Source of the DNA: an uncultured Candidatus Binatia bacterium
Lineage (GTDB): Bacteria > Desulfobacterota > Binatia > Bin18
Direction of reading: 5' to 3'
Assembly: GCA_965200965.1 (NCBI GenBank)
Contig: OZ241744.1
Span: 3,264,001-3,328,000, forward strand
DNA length: 64,000 nucleotides
Shown: positions 10,734 through 21,807 of the stretch, piece after piece
Position numbering within the stretch: the stretch's first letter is position 1
Layout: every line of letters starts with the position of its first letter
Program-made: the position numbers and the translations under genes
Notes under the pieces: generated by a model
Seen by the model: the letters and a program-made list of their open reading frames with translations, nothing else
Told to the model about the DNA's origin: nothing
Database searches by the model: none

Positions 10734-11701
10734 ATAATCGTCGTGCCTATGAACATCACTTGAAATCCTCCAGAGATCTGGTCACTCCGCACGAGGCTAC
10801 CCGATCTGGATTTGTCTCTCTCGCTCTGGAAAAGAACAGAAAAGCGACTCCACTCGTTACGGAGGCCAGAGCACTCAAATCCGTTGCGTCTCAAGCAATC
10901 CGCCCGCGTCAACTGTTAGAGTTGGAATTTTTCCCTGCCAGGAATTCCTTACTTGCCGCGGCTGGTGTCTCACACAAAGCGACAAACCATCTGTCTGATA
11001 AGGACAAACTGGAAGCAATAGAAGGACTCATCGAGAATTTTCTGGAACCATCTGGAGCCGATTTTGTTGAAGAGCTTGTGTATAGATTTCTGCTTACCAA
11101 GGGCGATGCGCTTGGTGGTTCGATAAGGAATCTTGCCGGGGCCATGGGTGAACGAAAGCTGACAAGAGGACTCATTTCGGCACTCAACATTTTTGGTTCA
11201 GATTATTGCTGGCTTCCCCTAAAAGGCAGAGAATGGATTTGGATCTCAAAAGATGATGAAAGTAATGTAAAAGGAATCAGTTGGATCGCGAATGATATAC
11301 CTAGGACCTTGATCTATAATCTCACCGTTCCGATAGTTGGGAAGAACGTGGATATATGTATTTTTAATTCACCTCCCGAAGATATGATTTTCAGAAACAA
11401 TACATACTCGGTACACCATAAGCCAGAAAAATACATCGCGCTTGGAGAGCTAAAAGGAGATATTGCTCCCGCCGGTGCTGACGAGCATTGGAAGACTGCA
11501 AATTCAGCATTGGGAAGAATCAGGAAAGCATTTTCATCGAGGAACCTCAGACCCCACACGTTTTTTGTAGGTGCCGCTATAGAAAACGATATGGCGAAGG
11601 AGATATTTGTGCAATTACAATCTGATATTATGGATAATGCCGCGAATTTGACGAATGACGATCAATTAGCGTCTCTTTGCAACTGGATAGCGAGATTGTG
11701 A
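10730..11701 (+). CDS. Type II restriction endonuclease, BsoBI/AvaI family
   Basis: [74 protein letters not shown] start overlaps the MTase stop (TTGA). Confidence 0.92.
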   Translation: MNNRRAYEHHLKSSRDLVTPHEATRSGFVSLALEKNRKATPLVTEARALKSVASQAIRPRQLLELEFFPARNSLLAAAGVSHKATNHLSDKDKLEAIEGLIENFLEPSGADFVEELVYRFLLTKGDALGGSIRNLAGAMGERKLTRGLISALNIFGSDYCWLPLKGREWIWISKDDESNVKGISWIANDIPRTLIYNLTVPIVGKNVDICIFNSPPEDMIFRNNTYSVHHKPEKYIALGELKGDIAPAGADEHWKTANSALGRIRKAFSSRNLRPHTFFVGAAIENDMAKEIFVQLQSDIMDNAANLTNDDQLASLCNWIARL

Positions 11702-11922
11702 TTGCCTATCCTACGCGGTTGGGGGACATAATAAAAGCCTGGTTGCGCACAATGATGCGCCGCCGACAGTTCGGCACAGAACATCCTCCCTTCGAGTAGC
11801 CAGAAATCAGAGAATGGGTTACATTCATCCTATGGCATCAAAGCGGACTTTGCGGACAGTCGACACCCTGCCTGTCTCTCAACTTTGTCCTTTCCCCGTT
11901 GGCGTAACAGAGGGGTGGCGAG

Positions 11923-13236
11923 ATGACGAAGGCTGAGGAGAGCATTGCGGCGAGGGTCTGTCGGCTGTGGCCGCTGTGCGTCCTCGGTCTCAGCCTGCTG
12001 GGCGCGTCGAGCGTCCCCGCTGAGTTGCCGCCGGACCCACTGCCCCTGGCCTGGTGTCTTGATCGGGCTGAGGACGCCAACCCTGACCTGGAGGTCGCCC
12101 GGATGAACGTCGAGGCCGCCGAGCACCGCGTCTATCCGGCCGGCGCACTGCCCGACCCTCGCTTTCACTACGATCTCAGTAATGTGCCGACCAGCGATTT
12201 TGACCTGAGCTTGACCCCGCTTTCCGGCCAGCAGTTCGGCCTGAGCCAACGTCTGTTCTTTCCCGGCCTCCTCAGCAGCCGGCGCGCCGTGGCACGCTCC
12301 GCGGCCGCGGTCGCTCAAGAGACGCTCGGCGACGAGACCCGACGGATCGCGGCCACGGTCGAACGCGCCTGGGTTGAGCTCGGCTTTGCCCAGCGCGCGC
12401 GTGATGTCACCGCGGAGAACATTGACCTTCTGCGCCAGTTGGCCAAGATCGCCGAGGCCAAGTACCGGGTTGGAGAGGGCCTTCAGCAGGATGTCATCCG
12501 CGCTCAGGTCGCGCTGACCGAACTGCTTGACGAACGCCTGCGGCGCGAAGCGACTATCCGTTCTGCCGAAGCTCGGCTGGCCGGCCTGCTCGACTTGCCT
12601 CCCAGCCTGTCGTTTCCCCTGACGGCGTCGCTCCGCGACTCGGTACCGCTGCCGGTGCCGGACCTGGACCTGCTCCTCGCTCAGTTGGAGTCAAGCAGCC
12701 CGCGGCTGCGCGCCCTGGCCGGACGTGTTGAGGAGGCCGAGCATCGCCAGCGTGTCGCCAGGCTGGAGGGATACCCCGATTTCGACCTTGGCTTTGGCTA
12801 CCGCCTGCGCCGGCGGGTCAGCGGGGACCCGGTGAACGGTGACGACTTCCTCGGCGCGAGCCTCGTGATCCGGCTCCCGATTGACCGCCGCAAGTGGCGG
12901 GCGCAGATCGCCGAGCGAGACGCACTCATCCGCAGAAGCAAGGCGGAATATCGCAAGGTCCGCGCCGGCCTGCGTAACGCGGTGCGGGCGCGCTATGCGG
13001 ACCTGGAACGCGCCGACCAGACGATCTCCCTGCTCGAGGACGGCTTGGTGCCCCAGGCGCGTCAATCGCTGAATTCGAGCCGTTCGGACTATACTGTGGA
13101 CAAGGGGAGTTTCCTGAGCCTGATTGACAGCCAAGTGCGGCTGCTTAACGCTCAGCTCCGGCTCGAACGGACCATCGCTGACCGCCGCGCCGCCTTCGCA
13201 GCGATTGAGGCCAGCGCTGGGGTATCGTTGCGATGA
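11923..13236 (+). CDS. TolC/CusC-family outer-membrane efflux protein
   Basis: Signal peptide, helical OEP-type repeats, first gene of an RND operon. Confidence 0.85.
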   Translation: MTKAEESIAARVCRLWPLCVLGLSLLGASSVPAELPPDPLPLAWCLDRAEDANPDLEVARMNVEAAEHRVYPAGALPDPRFHYDLSNVPTSDFDLSLTPLSGQQFGLSQRLFFPGLLSSRRAVARSAAAVAQETLGDETRRIAATVERAWVELGFAQRARDVTAENIDLLRQLAKIAEAKYRVGEGLQQDVIRAQVALTELLDERLRREATIRSAEARLAGLLDLPPSLSFPLTASLRDSVPLPVPDLDLLLAQLESSSPRLRALAGRVEEAEHRQRVARLEGYPDFDLGFGYRLRRRVSGDPVNGDDFLGASLVIRLPIDRRKWRAQIAERDALIRRSKAEYRKVRAGLRNAVRARYADLERADQTISLLEDGLVPQARQSLNSSRSDYTVDKGSFLSLIDSQVRLLNAQLRLERTIADRRAAFAAIEASAGVSLR

Positions 13237-14645
13237 AGGCCAGGCACTGGATCACGATGCTTGCGACTGTTGTCGTGGCAGCGCTCGGCGGCTGGTGGGT
13301 TGGCGTGCGGCTCGGGCCGGACTACCCAGGGCCTTTGTCCGCGTCCAGCCCGGACGGCCCTTGCCCGAACGGTGCCGACCCCCTCTACTGGAAGGCACCA
13401 ATGGACCCGACCTATATCCGCGGCGAGCCGGGCCAGAGTCCGATGGGCATGGACTTGGTACCTGTCTGCCAGGGTGAGACAGCCGCAGTTGGCGCAGCCG
13501 GTGTCCGCATAGACCCGATGCTCGTCCAGAGCATGGGCGTCCGCACGGAGCCGGCCGCCCGACGCGACCTCTCTCGCAAAGTCCGCACCGTGGGCCGCGT
13601 GACCTATGACGAGCGCCGCGTGAGCCATGTTCACACCAAGGTGCAGGGCTGGATCGAGCGCCTGTTTGTCGGCTACGAGGGCGACTTGGTCACACGCGGC
13701 CAGCCCCTGCTGGAGATATACTCACCCGAACTGGTCTCTACCGCAGAAGAGCTGCTGTTGGCGAAGCGTTACCGCGACTCCACACGCCATAGCCGCTTTG
13801 AGGATGTGGCGCGCGCGGGAGAGGAACTCTTCCGGGCCGCGCGGCGGCGCCTCGAACTGTGGGACATCGCCGAGCGCGACATTGAACGCCTGCTGGAAAC
13901 CGGACAGGTGCAAAAGACCCTGACCCTCCACGCCCCCACAGAAGGCGTGGTCACCCACCTCATGGTGCGCCAGGGCATGGAAATTGGGCCGAACAACAAC
14001 CTGTACACGATTGCCGACCTCTCCCGGGTATGGCTCTACGCCGATGTGTACGAGTACGAACTGCCCTGGGTCCGAGAGGGCCAGAACGCGGTCATCGAGT
14101 TGAGCTATCTGCCCGGACATAGCTTTGAGGGGACCGTGACCTACATCTATCTGTTCCTTGACCCCAAGACGCGCACCGCCCGCGTTCGGATTGAACTCGA
14201 CAATCCCAGCCTCCTGCTCAAGCCTGACATGTTCGCCAACGTGATAATTGAGACCGGGGCCCGCGAGGATGCCCTCGCCATTCCAGAGGAAGCTGTCATC
14301 CGTTCTGGCCGACGCTCGATCGTTGTTGTCGCCAATGGCGATGGACGCTTCGCGCCTCGGGAAGTCCGGCTTGGCATTGACAGCGGTGACGGCTGGGTCG
14401 AGGTGCAGGGTGGCTTGGCCGAAGGCGACCGGGTCGTGACCTCCGGTCAGTTTCTCATTGACAGCGAAAGCAAGCTTCAGGAGGCCATCAAGAAAATGCT
14501 GGTGGCGACGCCGGCGATGGAGCACGAGGAGGCCGGGACGCAGGTGTCCGCTCCAGCCCACGCCGACCATACGCCGTCCAGGCATGGGATGGCCGACCAT
14601 GCCGGTCACACAATGGCCGGTGCCACGCCCGGGGCCGGGGAGTAG
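13233..14645 (+). CDS. cusB: CusB-type periplasmic adaptor subunit
   Basis: YWKAPMDP...PGQSPMGMDLVP metal motif, GWIERL, YSPEL, LKPDMF, His/Met-rich tail. Confidence 0.88.
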   Translation: MKARHWITMLATVVVAALGGWWVGVRLGPDYPGPLSASSPDGPCPNGADPLYWKAPMDPTYIRGEPGQSPMGMDLVPVCQGETAAVGAAGVRIDPMLVQSMGVRTEPAARRDLSRKVRTVGRVTYDERRVSHVHTKVQGWIERLFVGYEGDLVTRGQPLLEIYSPELVSTAEELLLAKRYRDSTRHSRFEDVARAGEELFRAARRRLELWDIAERDIERLLETGQVQKTLTLHAPTEGVVTHLMVRQGMEIGPNNNLYTIADLSRVWLYADVYEYELPWVREGQNAVIELSYLPGHSFEGTVTYIYLFLDPKTRTARVRIELDNPSLLLKPDMFANVIIETGAREDALAIPEEAVIRSGRRSIVVVANGDGRFAPREVRLGIDSGDGWVEVQGGLAEGDRVVTSGQFLIDSESKLQEAIKKMLVATPAMEHEEAGTQVSAPAHADHTPSRHGMADHAGHTMAGATPGAGE

Positions 14646-14648
14646 CCC

Positions 14649-17600
14649 ATGCTGCGCCAGCTCATCGCCGGCTCGGCGCGCAATCCCCTGCTCGTCGGCC
14701 TAGCCACACTCGTGCTCGTCCTGTGGGGCGGCTATGCCAGCTACAACATGCCGCTCGACGCCCTCCCCGACCTGTCCGATGTGCAGGTCATCGTCTTCAC
14801 CGAATACCCCGGCCAAGCCCCGCAGGTAGTTGAGGACCAAGTCACCTACCCGCTGACGACGGCCATGCTGGCCGCCCCCTTTGCCAAGAGGGTGCGCGGC
14901 TACTCCTTTTTCGGCTTCTCGTTCGTGTATGTGATCTTTGAGGACGGGACTGACCTGTATTGGGCGCGCTCGCGGGTGTTGGAGTACCTGAACTTTGTCT
15001 CCGGCCGGTTGCCGGCCGGCGTGACGCCCTCCCTGGGGCCGGACGCGACTGGGGTCGGCTGGGTGTACGCATACGCCCTGGTTGATCGCAGCGGTGCGCG
15101 TGACTTGGCCGAGCTGCGCTCAATCCAGGACTGGTACCTGCGCTACGAACTCCAGACAGTTCCGGGCGTGGCCGAGATCGCCTCGGTCGGGGGTTTTGTC
15201 CGCCAGTATCAGGTGGAGGTTGCCCCCAACGCGCTGGCCGCCTATGGCATTCCTCTCTCGCAGGTGCGCCATGCCATCCAGCGCAGCAACAGCGATGTCG
15301 GCGGGCGGCTGATTGAAATGGCCGAATCCGAGTTCATGGTCCGGGGCCGGGGCTACCTCAAGTCCATCGCCGACCTGGAGCAGATCGCTATTGGCACGGA
15401 CGGACGCGGCACGCCGGTGCTGCTGCGCGACGTGGCCCATATCCATACCGGCCCTGAGCTGCGCCGTGGCCTGACGGAGCTGAACGGCGAGGGCGAGGTT
15501 GTTGCCGGCATTGTGGTGATGCGCTTCGGCGGCAACGCCCTTGAAGTCATCCACAACGTCAAGGCCAAGCTCCAGACCCTCAAGGCCGGGCTGCCCGCCG
15601 GGGTTGAACTCGTTGAGGTGTACGACCGGTCGGGGCTGATCAACCGGGCCGTAGACACCCTCCGGGAGAAGCTGCTCGAAGAGATTGCCATTGTGGCCCT
15701 GGTGTGCGTGGCCTTCCTCTTCCACGCCCGCAGCGCCTTTGTGGCCATTCTCACCCTGCCGCTCGGCATCCTGGTGTCGTTCATCGTCATGTACCACCAG
15801 GGCCTCAACGCCAACATCATGTCGCTCGGCGGCCTTGCCATCGCCATTGGGGCGATGGTTGACGCCGCAGTCGTTATGGTCGAGAACGCCCACAAGCACC
15901 TGGAGCGCAGCGCCGGTACAAAGCCCAGGACCGCAATCCTGATTGACGCGGCCACCGAGGTCGGCCCTTCGCTGTTCTTCTCGCTGCTCATTATCACCGT
16001 CTCCTTCTTCCCCGTCTTCAGCCTCCAGGCCCAGGAGGGCCGGCTGTTCTCACCCCTGGCCTTTACCAAGACCTACGCAATGGCCGGGGCGGCCGTTCTG
16101 GCCATCACCATCGTGCCGCTGTTCATGGTCTGGTTCATCCGCGGCCGGATTGTGCCCGAACACCGCAACCCGCTGAACCGCTTTCTGCTGTGGGCCTACG
16201 CCCCGCTCATCCGCCTTGTCCTGTGCCGTAAGGTGGTCGTCATCATCGCCGCGGCCGGTGTGCTGGCGGCAACGCTCGTGCCGCTGCGCCAGCTCGGCTC
16301 CGAGTTCATGCCGCCGCTCAACGAGGGCGACCTTCTCTACATGCCAACCACCCTGCCCGGCCTGTCCATCACCAAGGCACGCCAGATTCTCCAGCAGACC
16401 GACCGCATGATCCGTCAGTTTCCCGAAGTCCAGCACGTCTTCGGCAAGGTGGGCCGAGCCGAAACGGCCACCGACCCAGCCCCGCTGTCGATGATTGAGA
16501 CCACCATCACCCTCAAGCCGCCCGAGCAGTGGCGGCCTGGCATGACGGTCCAGAAGCTCATTGCCGAACTCGACCGGGCCGTGCGCCTGCCCGGCGTGAC
16601 CAACGCCTGGACGATGCCAATCAAGACGCGCCTCGACATGCTCTCGACCGGCATCAAAACGCCGGTCGGCATCAAGGTGGCCGGGCCCGATCTGCCGACC
16701 CTCCAGGAACTCGGCGAGCGGATTGAATCGATCCTGCGCAAGGAGCCGGGGACGCTCGGCGTGTTCGCCGAGCGGGTGGTCGGCGGCAACTACCTCGACT
16801 TTGCAATTGATCGCCGCGAGATCGCTCGCTACGGCCTGACGGTCGGTGATGTCCAGGATGTCATCGAGTCGGCGATTGGCGGCCGCAACGTCACCTTTAC
16901 CGTCGAAGGGCTGGAACGCTACCCGGTCAACCTGCGCTACCCACGCGAGCTGCGCGACAACCTGACCATGTTGCGCCGCGTCCTGGTGCCGACCCCGACG
17001 GGTGCCCAGATTCCCCTTTCCCAGCTCGCCGCCCTTGAGATCAAAAAAGGCCCCCCGTCAATCAAGAGCGAGAACGCCCGCCTCAACGCCTGGGTCTATG
17101 TGGACCTTGACGGCGTTGATATCGGCACCTGGGTGAACCGGGCCAAGGCCACGCTGGAGCGTCAACTTCGGCTGCCGGCCGGCTACAGTCTGGCCTGGAG
17201 CGGGCAGTACGAGTATATGGAGCGGGCCGCGCAGCGCTTGCAGATTGTGGCCCCCCTCACCCTTGGCCTCATCTTCCTGCTGCTGTTCCTGAACTTCCGC
17301 CGGCTGTCGGACACCTTGATCGTCATGCTGACCCTGCCGTTCGGCCTGATCGGTGGCGTGTGGCTGCTGTGGGTGCTCGACTATAACCTGAGTGTCGCCG
17401 TTGGTGTGGGTTTCATCGCTCTGGCCGGCGTGTCTGCCGAGTTGGGTGTGCTGCTGCTTGTCTTCCTCAACGAGGCGGTGGCCCGTTTCCGGCGCGAGAA
17501 TCGCCTCCACACCCGGGGCGATGTGCTTGAGGCGGTACGCGAAGGGGCCGGGCTGCGCGTCCGGCCGATTATGATGACGGTCACGTCCACAATTGCCGGG

Positions 17601-17783
17601 CTGCTGCCCATCATGTGGGGGACCGGGACCGGGGCCGAGACCATGCGACGGATCGCCGCCCCAATGGTAGGCGGGCTGGTCTCGGCGACCGTGCTTACCC
17701 TGGTGGTGATCCCGGTCATTTTTGCCCTGGTGCGCGGCTGGGGCCTGCCCAAGCGCGCCACCGGCCCGGCCTCTTTTGCCTGA
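14649..17783 (+). CDS. cusA: CusA-family Cu(I)/Ag(I) RND efflux transporter
   Basis: DALPDLSDVQVI, AIAIGAMVDAAVVMVEN, EFMPPLNEGDLLYMP, PAPLSMIET; 1044 aa. Confidence 0.95.
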   Translation: MLRQLIAGSARNPLLVGLATLVLVLWGGYASYNMPLDALPDLSDVQVIVFTEYPGQAPQVVEDQVTYPLTTAMLAAPFAKRVRGYSFFGFSFVYVIFEDGTDLYWARSRVLEYLNFVSGRLPAGVTPSLGPDATGVGWVYAYALVDRSGARDLAELRSIQDWYLRYELQTVPGVAEIASVGGFVRQYQVEVAPNALAAYGIPLSQVRHAIQRSNSDVGGRLIEMAESEFMVRGRGYLKSIADLEQIAIGTDGRGTPVLLRDVAHIHTGPELRRGLTELNGEGEVVAGIVVMRFGGNALEVIHNVKAKLQTLKAGLPAGVELVEVYDRSGLINRAVDTLREKLLEEIAIVALVCVAFLFHARSAFVAILTLPLGILVSFIVMYHQGLNANIMSLGGLAIAIGAMVDAAVVMVENAHKHLERSAGTKPRTAILIDAATEVGPSLFFSLLIITVSFFPVFSLQAQEGRLFSPLAFTKTYAMAGAAVLAITIVPLFMVWFIRGRIVPEHRNPLNRFLLWAYAPLIRLVLCRKVVVIIAAAGVLAATLVPLRQLGSEFMPPLNEGDLLYMPTTLPGLSITKARQILQQTDRMIRQFPEVQHVFGKVGRAETATDPAPLSMIETTITLKPPEQWRPGMTVQKLIAELDRAVRLPGVTNAWTMPIKTRLDMLSTGIKTPVGIKVAGPDLPTLQELGERIESILRKEPGTLGVFAERVVGGNYLDFAIDRREIARYGLTVGDVQDVIESAIGGRNVTFTVEGLERYPVNLRYPRELRDNLTMLRRVLVPTPTGAQIPLSQLAALEIKKGPPSIKSENARLNAWVYVDLDGVDIGTWVNRAKATLERQLRLPAGYSLAWSGQYEYMERAAQRLQIVAPLTLGLIFLLLFLNFRRLSDTLIVMLTLPFGLIGGVWLLWVLDYNLSVAVGVGFIALAGVSAELGVLLLVFLNEAVARFRRENRLHTRGDVLEAVREGAGLRVRPIMMTVTSTIAGLLPIMWGTGTGAETMRRIAAPMVGGLVSATVLTLVVIPVIFALVRGWGLPKRATGPASFA

Positions 17784-17814
17784 CCCCAATAGCTGATAGC
17801 ACAAGCCGAGAGCC

Positions 17815-18507
17815 ATGAACGAAACCCTGATTATCGCCGCCGGCTGGCTGCTGTTCGCCGGTAGCCACCTGCTGCTGTCCTCGGACTGGGTCCGGCCCAA
17901 GCTGGTGGCTGGCTGGGGCGAGCGGCTCTTTCAGGGCGTCTACTCGCTGGTCGCGCTGGCCACCTTCGTGCCCCTGTGCGTGTATTATGGCCGGCATAAG
18001 CACGTCGGGCCGCAGTTGTGGATCACCCTGGAGCCGTATCTGCTGGCGCGTGACTTCAACATCGGCTGTATGCTGCTCGCCTTTGTCCTGCTGCTGGGGG
18101 GCGTGCTGGACCGCCCGCCCAGTTCCCTGCTGGCCCAGGGCACGCCCCGGGCCTACGGCCTGACCCGCATTACCCGTCACCCGGTTCTTGCCGCGGCCTT
18201 CCTGTTTGGTCTGGCCCATATGGCGGTGATTGGCGCGCTGGGCGATCTCGTCTTTTTTGGCGGCTTTGTAGTGTTTGCCTGGGCTGGGGCCAGACATCAG
18301 GATCGGCGCAAGAGCAGAGACATGCCCGGCTATGCCGCGTTTCAGGCCGCGACCTCGTTTGTCCCCTTTGCCGCGATTGTGGCGAAAAAACAGCCCTTCC
18401 CTGGTCGCGAACTGCGCTGGGGCATGATTGTGCTTGCCCTGATCGTCTTCTATGTCGTGCGCTTTTATCATCCCGCGGTATTTGGCGGAGTGTTGATGAC
18501 CCTATGA
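17815..18507 (+). CDS. NnrU-family membrane protein
   Basis: [28 protein letters not shown]; several TM segments. Confidence 0.75.
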   Translation: MNETLIIAAGWLLFAGSHLLLSSDWVRPKLVAGWGERLFQGVYSLVALATFVPLCVYYGRHKHVGPQLWITLEPYLLARDFNIGCMLLAFVLLLGGVLDRPPSSLLAQGTPRAYGLTRITRHPVLAAAFLFGLAHMAVIGALGDLVFFGGFVVFAWAGARHQDRRKSRDMPGYAAFQAATSFVPFAAIVAKKQPFPGRELRWGMIVLALIVFYVVRFYHPAVFGGVLMTL

Positions 18508-20714
18508 GCGGGGAAGGCTCCCACACCACCGCATCGGCCGCTCCGCTCGCTGAGCCACTGGTACTTGACCCGGCCCTCCAGCACCACTTTGGCTTTGATT
18601 CGTTCCGTCCGGGCCAGCGTGAGGTGATTGAAAGCGTACTGGCCGGTCGTTCAACGGTCGCCATTATGCCGACCGGGGGCGGCAAGTCGCTGTGCTACCA
18701 ACTCCCGGCCCTGCTCAGCCAGGGCGTCACCGTGGTCGTCTCTCCGCTGATTGCGTTGATGAAGGATCAGGTTGATCAACTCCACGCCCGAGGCATTCTG
18801 CACTCTGCGGCCCTGAACTCCAGCCTGTCACGCGCCGAGGGTGAGCGGCGGATTCAGCGGCTGCTCAGCCAGCAGTTGAAGTTGCTCTATGTTGCTCCGG
18901 AGCGCTTTGGGGTGCCGGGTTTTCTTGAGCTGCTCCAGCGCGTGCCGATCGGGCTGTTTGTGGTTGACGAGGCCCACTGCGTGAGCCAGTGGGGACACGA
19001 CTTTCGGCCCGATTATCTCCAGTTGCGGGGGGCGATCCGCGCGCTCAAGCCCCGCGCCGTGCTGGCGCTGACGGCAACCGCTACGCCCGCGGTCCGGCGC
19101 GAGATTGCCTTCCAGCTCGGCTTGGCCGACCCGTTTCTGCTGGTCAATTCCTTTGATCGTCCGAATCTGTTCCTGGGCGTGGTGCCGTGTGTCACCAAGG
19201 CCAAGCCCGAAACCCTAGTTGCTCTCCTGCGGGGCGTTGACGGCAGTTGCATTGTGTATGTCTCACGCCAACGGGACGCCGAAGCGCTGGCCGCGACCCT
19301 CAACGAAGCGCAGATTGAGGCCGTTCCCTACCACGCCGGTCTGGAGCCGTCGCTACGCCGCCAGAACCAGCAGGTCTTTATTGACGGCACCACACGAGTC
19401 ATCGTGGCCACCGTCGCCTTTGGCATGGGCATTGACAAATCCGATGTCCGGGCGGTGATTCACTATCAGCATCCCGGCTCCCTGGAGGCGTATTATCAGG
19501 AGGCCGGCCGGGCCGGCCGGGATAAGCAGCCCGCCCAGTGCATCGTGCTGTACGACAAGCGCGACAGCGGCTTGCAGCGGTTTTTTATCAACCAGCGCTA
19601 CCCAGACTCCGGCGAAGTGCGTGCCATCTATCGTCTGCTCAGCGACGCGGTCGCGCCGCGTGACATCCCGCTGCGCGCCCCTGGGCTGAGTGAGGAAAAG
19701 GTCAATGTCGCCCTGACCCTGCTCCAGGCGCAGGGCTATATCGAATGGACGGGTGCAACGGTCCGCGTCCTCGGCCAGACCGGTGCCCGGGACCTGCGGC
19801 TCGATTTTTCTCTGGTCAGGCAGCGGCACCGGGCCGATTACCGCCGGCTTGACGAGCTGATCGAGTATCTGACGACCGAGGGCTGCCGGCGAACCGTGAT
19901 CCTGCGCTACTTTGGGGAAAAAGTGACGGTCGGTCAGCAGTGCGGGAACTGTGACAGGTGCCGTGCCGAGCGGCCCACCACAGTCGGCCTGCCAGAAGAG
20001 CCGTCCGCTCCGTCCCTGCCCGACAGCCGTCCGATTATTCTGGCCGCGGTCGCCGACCTTCAGAAACGCGGTCTCGGCCGGTCCGGCTTAGCCCAGGTCT
20101 TGTCCGGCAGCAGGTCACAGCGGATGCGCCAACTCCAGCTCGACTCTTCGCCACACTACGCGGCCTTGGCCCGCTTCACCCAGGAGCAGATCATTGAGCA
20201 GATTGACGCCTGTATTCAGGCCGGGGCGCTGCGTCTGATTCCCGGCCAGTACCCGCGCGTTGTCCTGCCACCGACCCAAGCCAAAAAGGCCGCTTCGACA
20301 CCGACCGAAACGCCGGCCTCCGAGCCCTCCCCGCCTCCCCAGGCTCGTCCGGCCCTCGGCACCTCCTCCAGCCTGTCTGACTCGGTGCCGGCTGAGGTCT
20401 GCCGGGCGGTGTTAGCCCTTATACGGACGCAGGACGGCCAGTTGTCGCGCTCTGAGGTGGCCCATATTCTGCGCGGCACCACAGCGCCGGGCGCACCTCC
20501 GGCGGACAAGACCGCCGCGGTGCCGGGCTATCGCTCTTTGGCCCGACATTCCCACCAGGACCTGCTGCGCGCGGTCGATGTACTGATTGAGCAGAAGCTG
20601 CTGGTGATAGAAGCCTCCGAATATCTCCATCTGTGGCTGACCCAGCGGGGAGCGGCCAGCCTCAAAACGATCAAGGCCCCAACAGAAATTGCGCTCCGGG
20701 CGGATGGGATATAG
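18504..20714 (+). CDS. recQ: RecQ-family ATP-dependent DNA helicase
   Basis: [43 protein letters not shown]...CGNCDRC. Confidence 0.93.
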   Translation: MSGEGSHTTASAAPLAEPLVLDPALQHHFGFDSFRPGQREVIESVLAGRSTVAIMPTGGGKSLCYQLPALLSQGVTVVVSPLIALMKDQVDQLHARGILHSAALNSSLSRAEGERRIQRLLSQQLKLLYVAPERFGVPGFLELLQRVPIGLFVVDEAHCVSQWGHDFRPDYLQLRGAIRALKPRAVLALTATATPAVRREIAFQLGLADPFLLVNSFDRPNLFLGVVPCVTKAKPETLVALLRGVDGSCIVYVSRQRDAEALAATLNEAQIEAVPYHAGLEPSLRRQNQQVFIDGTTRVIVATVAFGMGIDKSDVRAVIHYQHPGSLEAYYQEAGRAGRDKQPAQCIVLYDKRDSGLQRFFINQRYPDSGEVRAIYRLLSDAVAPRDIPLRAPGLSEEKVNVALTLLQAQGYIEWTGATVRVLGQTGARDLRLDFSLVRQRHRADYRRLDELIEYLTTEGCRRTVILRYFGEKVTVGQQCGNCDRCRAERPTTVGLPEEPSAPSLPDSRPIILAAVADLQKRGLGRSGLAQVLSGSRSQRMRQLQLDSSPHYAALARFTQEQIIEQIDACIQAGALRLIPGQYPRVVLPPTQAKKAASTPTETPASEPSPPPQARPALGTSSSLSDSVPAEVCRAVLALIRTQDGQLSRSEVAHILRGTTAPGAPPADKTAAVPGYRSLARHSHQDLLRAVDVLIEQKLLVIEASEYLHLWLTQRGAASLKTIKAPTEIALRADGI

Positions 20715-20760
20715 TCATCGGCAGTCCTCCGCCAGCGTCTTGAGGCATGAGAGAGTACCT

Positions 20761-21807
20761 ATGGGCAGGCTTATCAGCTTGGAGGAAGCTGTAGATATAC
20801 GCCGGCAGGCCAAACAGGCAGGGCACCGGGTTGTGTTCACCAACGGCTGCTTTGACCTGCTGCACCGCGGCCATGTCGAATATCTCGGGCAGGCAAAAGC
20901 CTGCGGACAACTCCTCATGGTTGGCCTCAACAGTGACCGCTCGGTCCGTGTGCTCAAAGGTCCTGGCCGCCCTGTGTCGAACGAGCACGACCGGGCCGCG
21001 GTGCTCTCCGCTCTGGCCTGTGTCGATCATGTGCTGATTTTTGATGATCCAACCCCGGCCCGGGTTATTGCACGACTGGTGCCGGACGTGCTGGCCAAAG
21101 GGGGAGACTGGCCAGTTGAACAGATCGTGGGCCGTGAGGCGGTGGAAGCCAAGGGCGGACAGGTGGTGTCCATTGGCAGCAGTGTGCCTGGGCAGTCGTC
21201 AACCCGTCTGCTGGAGCGGATGGACGCCGAGTTGGTGATCCGACGGCTGCGGGAGAGCGCGCTGACCAAACAGGCGGTGGCCCAAGCCCTGGCCGACGAC
21301 ATTGTGACCGCTGCCCAAACCGTGGCGCGGGCCTTGCAGCGCGGCAACAAACTTCTGCTGTGCGGCAACGGCGGCAGCGCAGCCGATGCCCAGCATATCG
21401 CGGCCGAACTGGTGGGGCGGTTTGAGGTCGATCGGGAAGGCTTGGCGGCGATTGCGCTGACGACCGATTCCTCGGCCCTGACCTCCATCGCCAACGACTG
21501 CGGTTTTTCCGTGCTGTTTGCCCGCCAGCTCGCCGCCCTGGCCACGGCCGGCGATGTGTTGCTGGCGATCAGCACCAGCGGCAATTCTGCCAATATCGTG
21601 CGGGCGGTTGAGGAGGCCAAGCGCCGGGGTCTGACCACTGTCGGCCTGTTGGGCAAAGGCGGCGGGCGGCTGGCCGGGCTGGTGGACTTGGCACTGACCG
21701 TGCCGGCTTCAAACACGGCCCGCATCCAAGAGGCGCATATCACCATCGGCCATATTGTGTGTGAATGGGTCGAGCGCGCCTCCAGCGGGCAAAGTGAACG
21801 ATGGTGA
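20761..21807 (+). CDS. Fusion of heptose-1-phosphate adenylyltransferase (RfaE domain II) and phosphoheptose isomerase GmhA
   Basis: N-terminal FTNGCFDLLHRGH, GLNSDRSV..LKG..RP. C-terminal CGNGGSAADAQH, STSGNS, RIQEAH. Confidence 0.9.
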   Translation: MGRLISLEEAVDIRRQAKQAGHRVVFTNGCFDLLHRGHVEYLGQAKACGQLLMVGLNSDRSVRVLKGPGRPVSNEHDRAAVLSALACVDHVLIFDDPTPARVIARLVPDVLAKGGDWPVEQIVGREAVEAKGGQVVSIGSSVPGQSSTRLLERMDAELVIRRLRESALTKQAVAQALADDIVTAAQTVARALQRGNKLLLCGNGGSAADAQHIAAELVGRFEVDREGLAAIALTTDSSALTSIANDCGFSVLFARQLAALATAGDVLLAISTSGNSANIVRAVEEAKRRGLTTVGLLGKGGGRLAGLVDLALTVPASNTARIQEAHITIGHIVCEWVERASSGQSERW

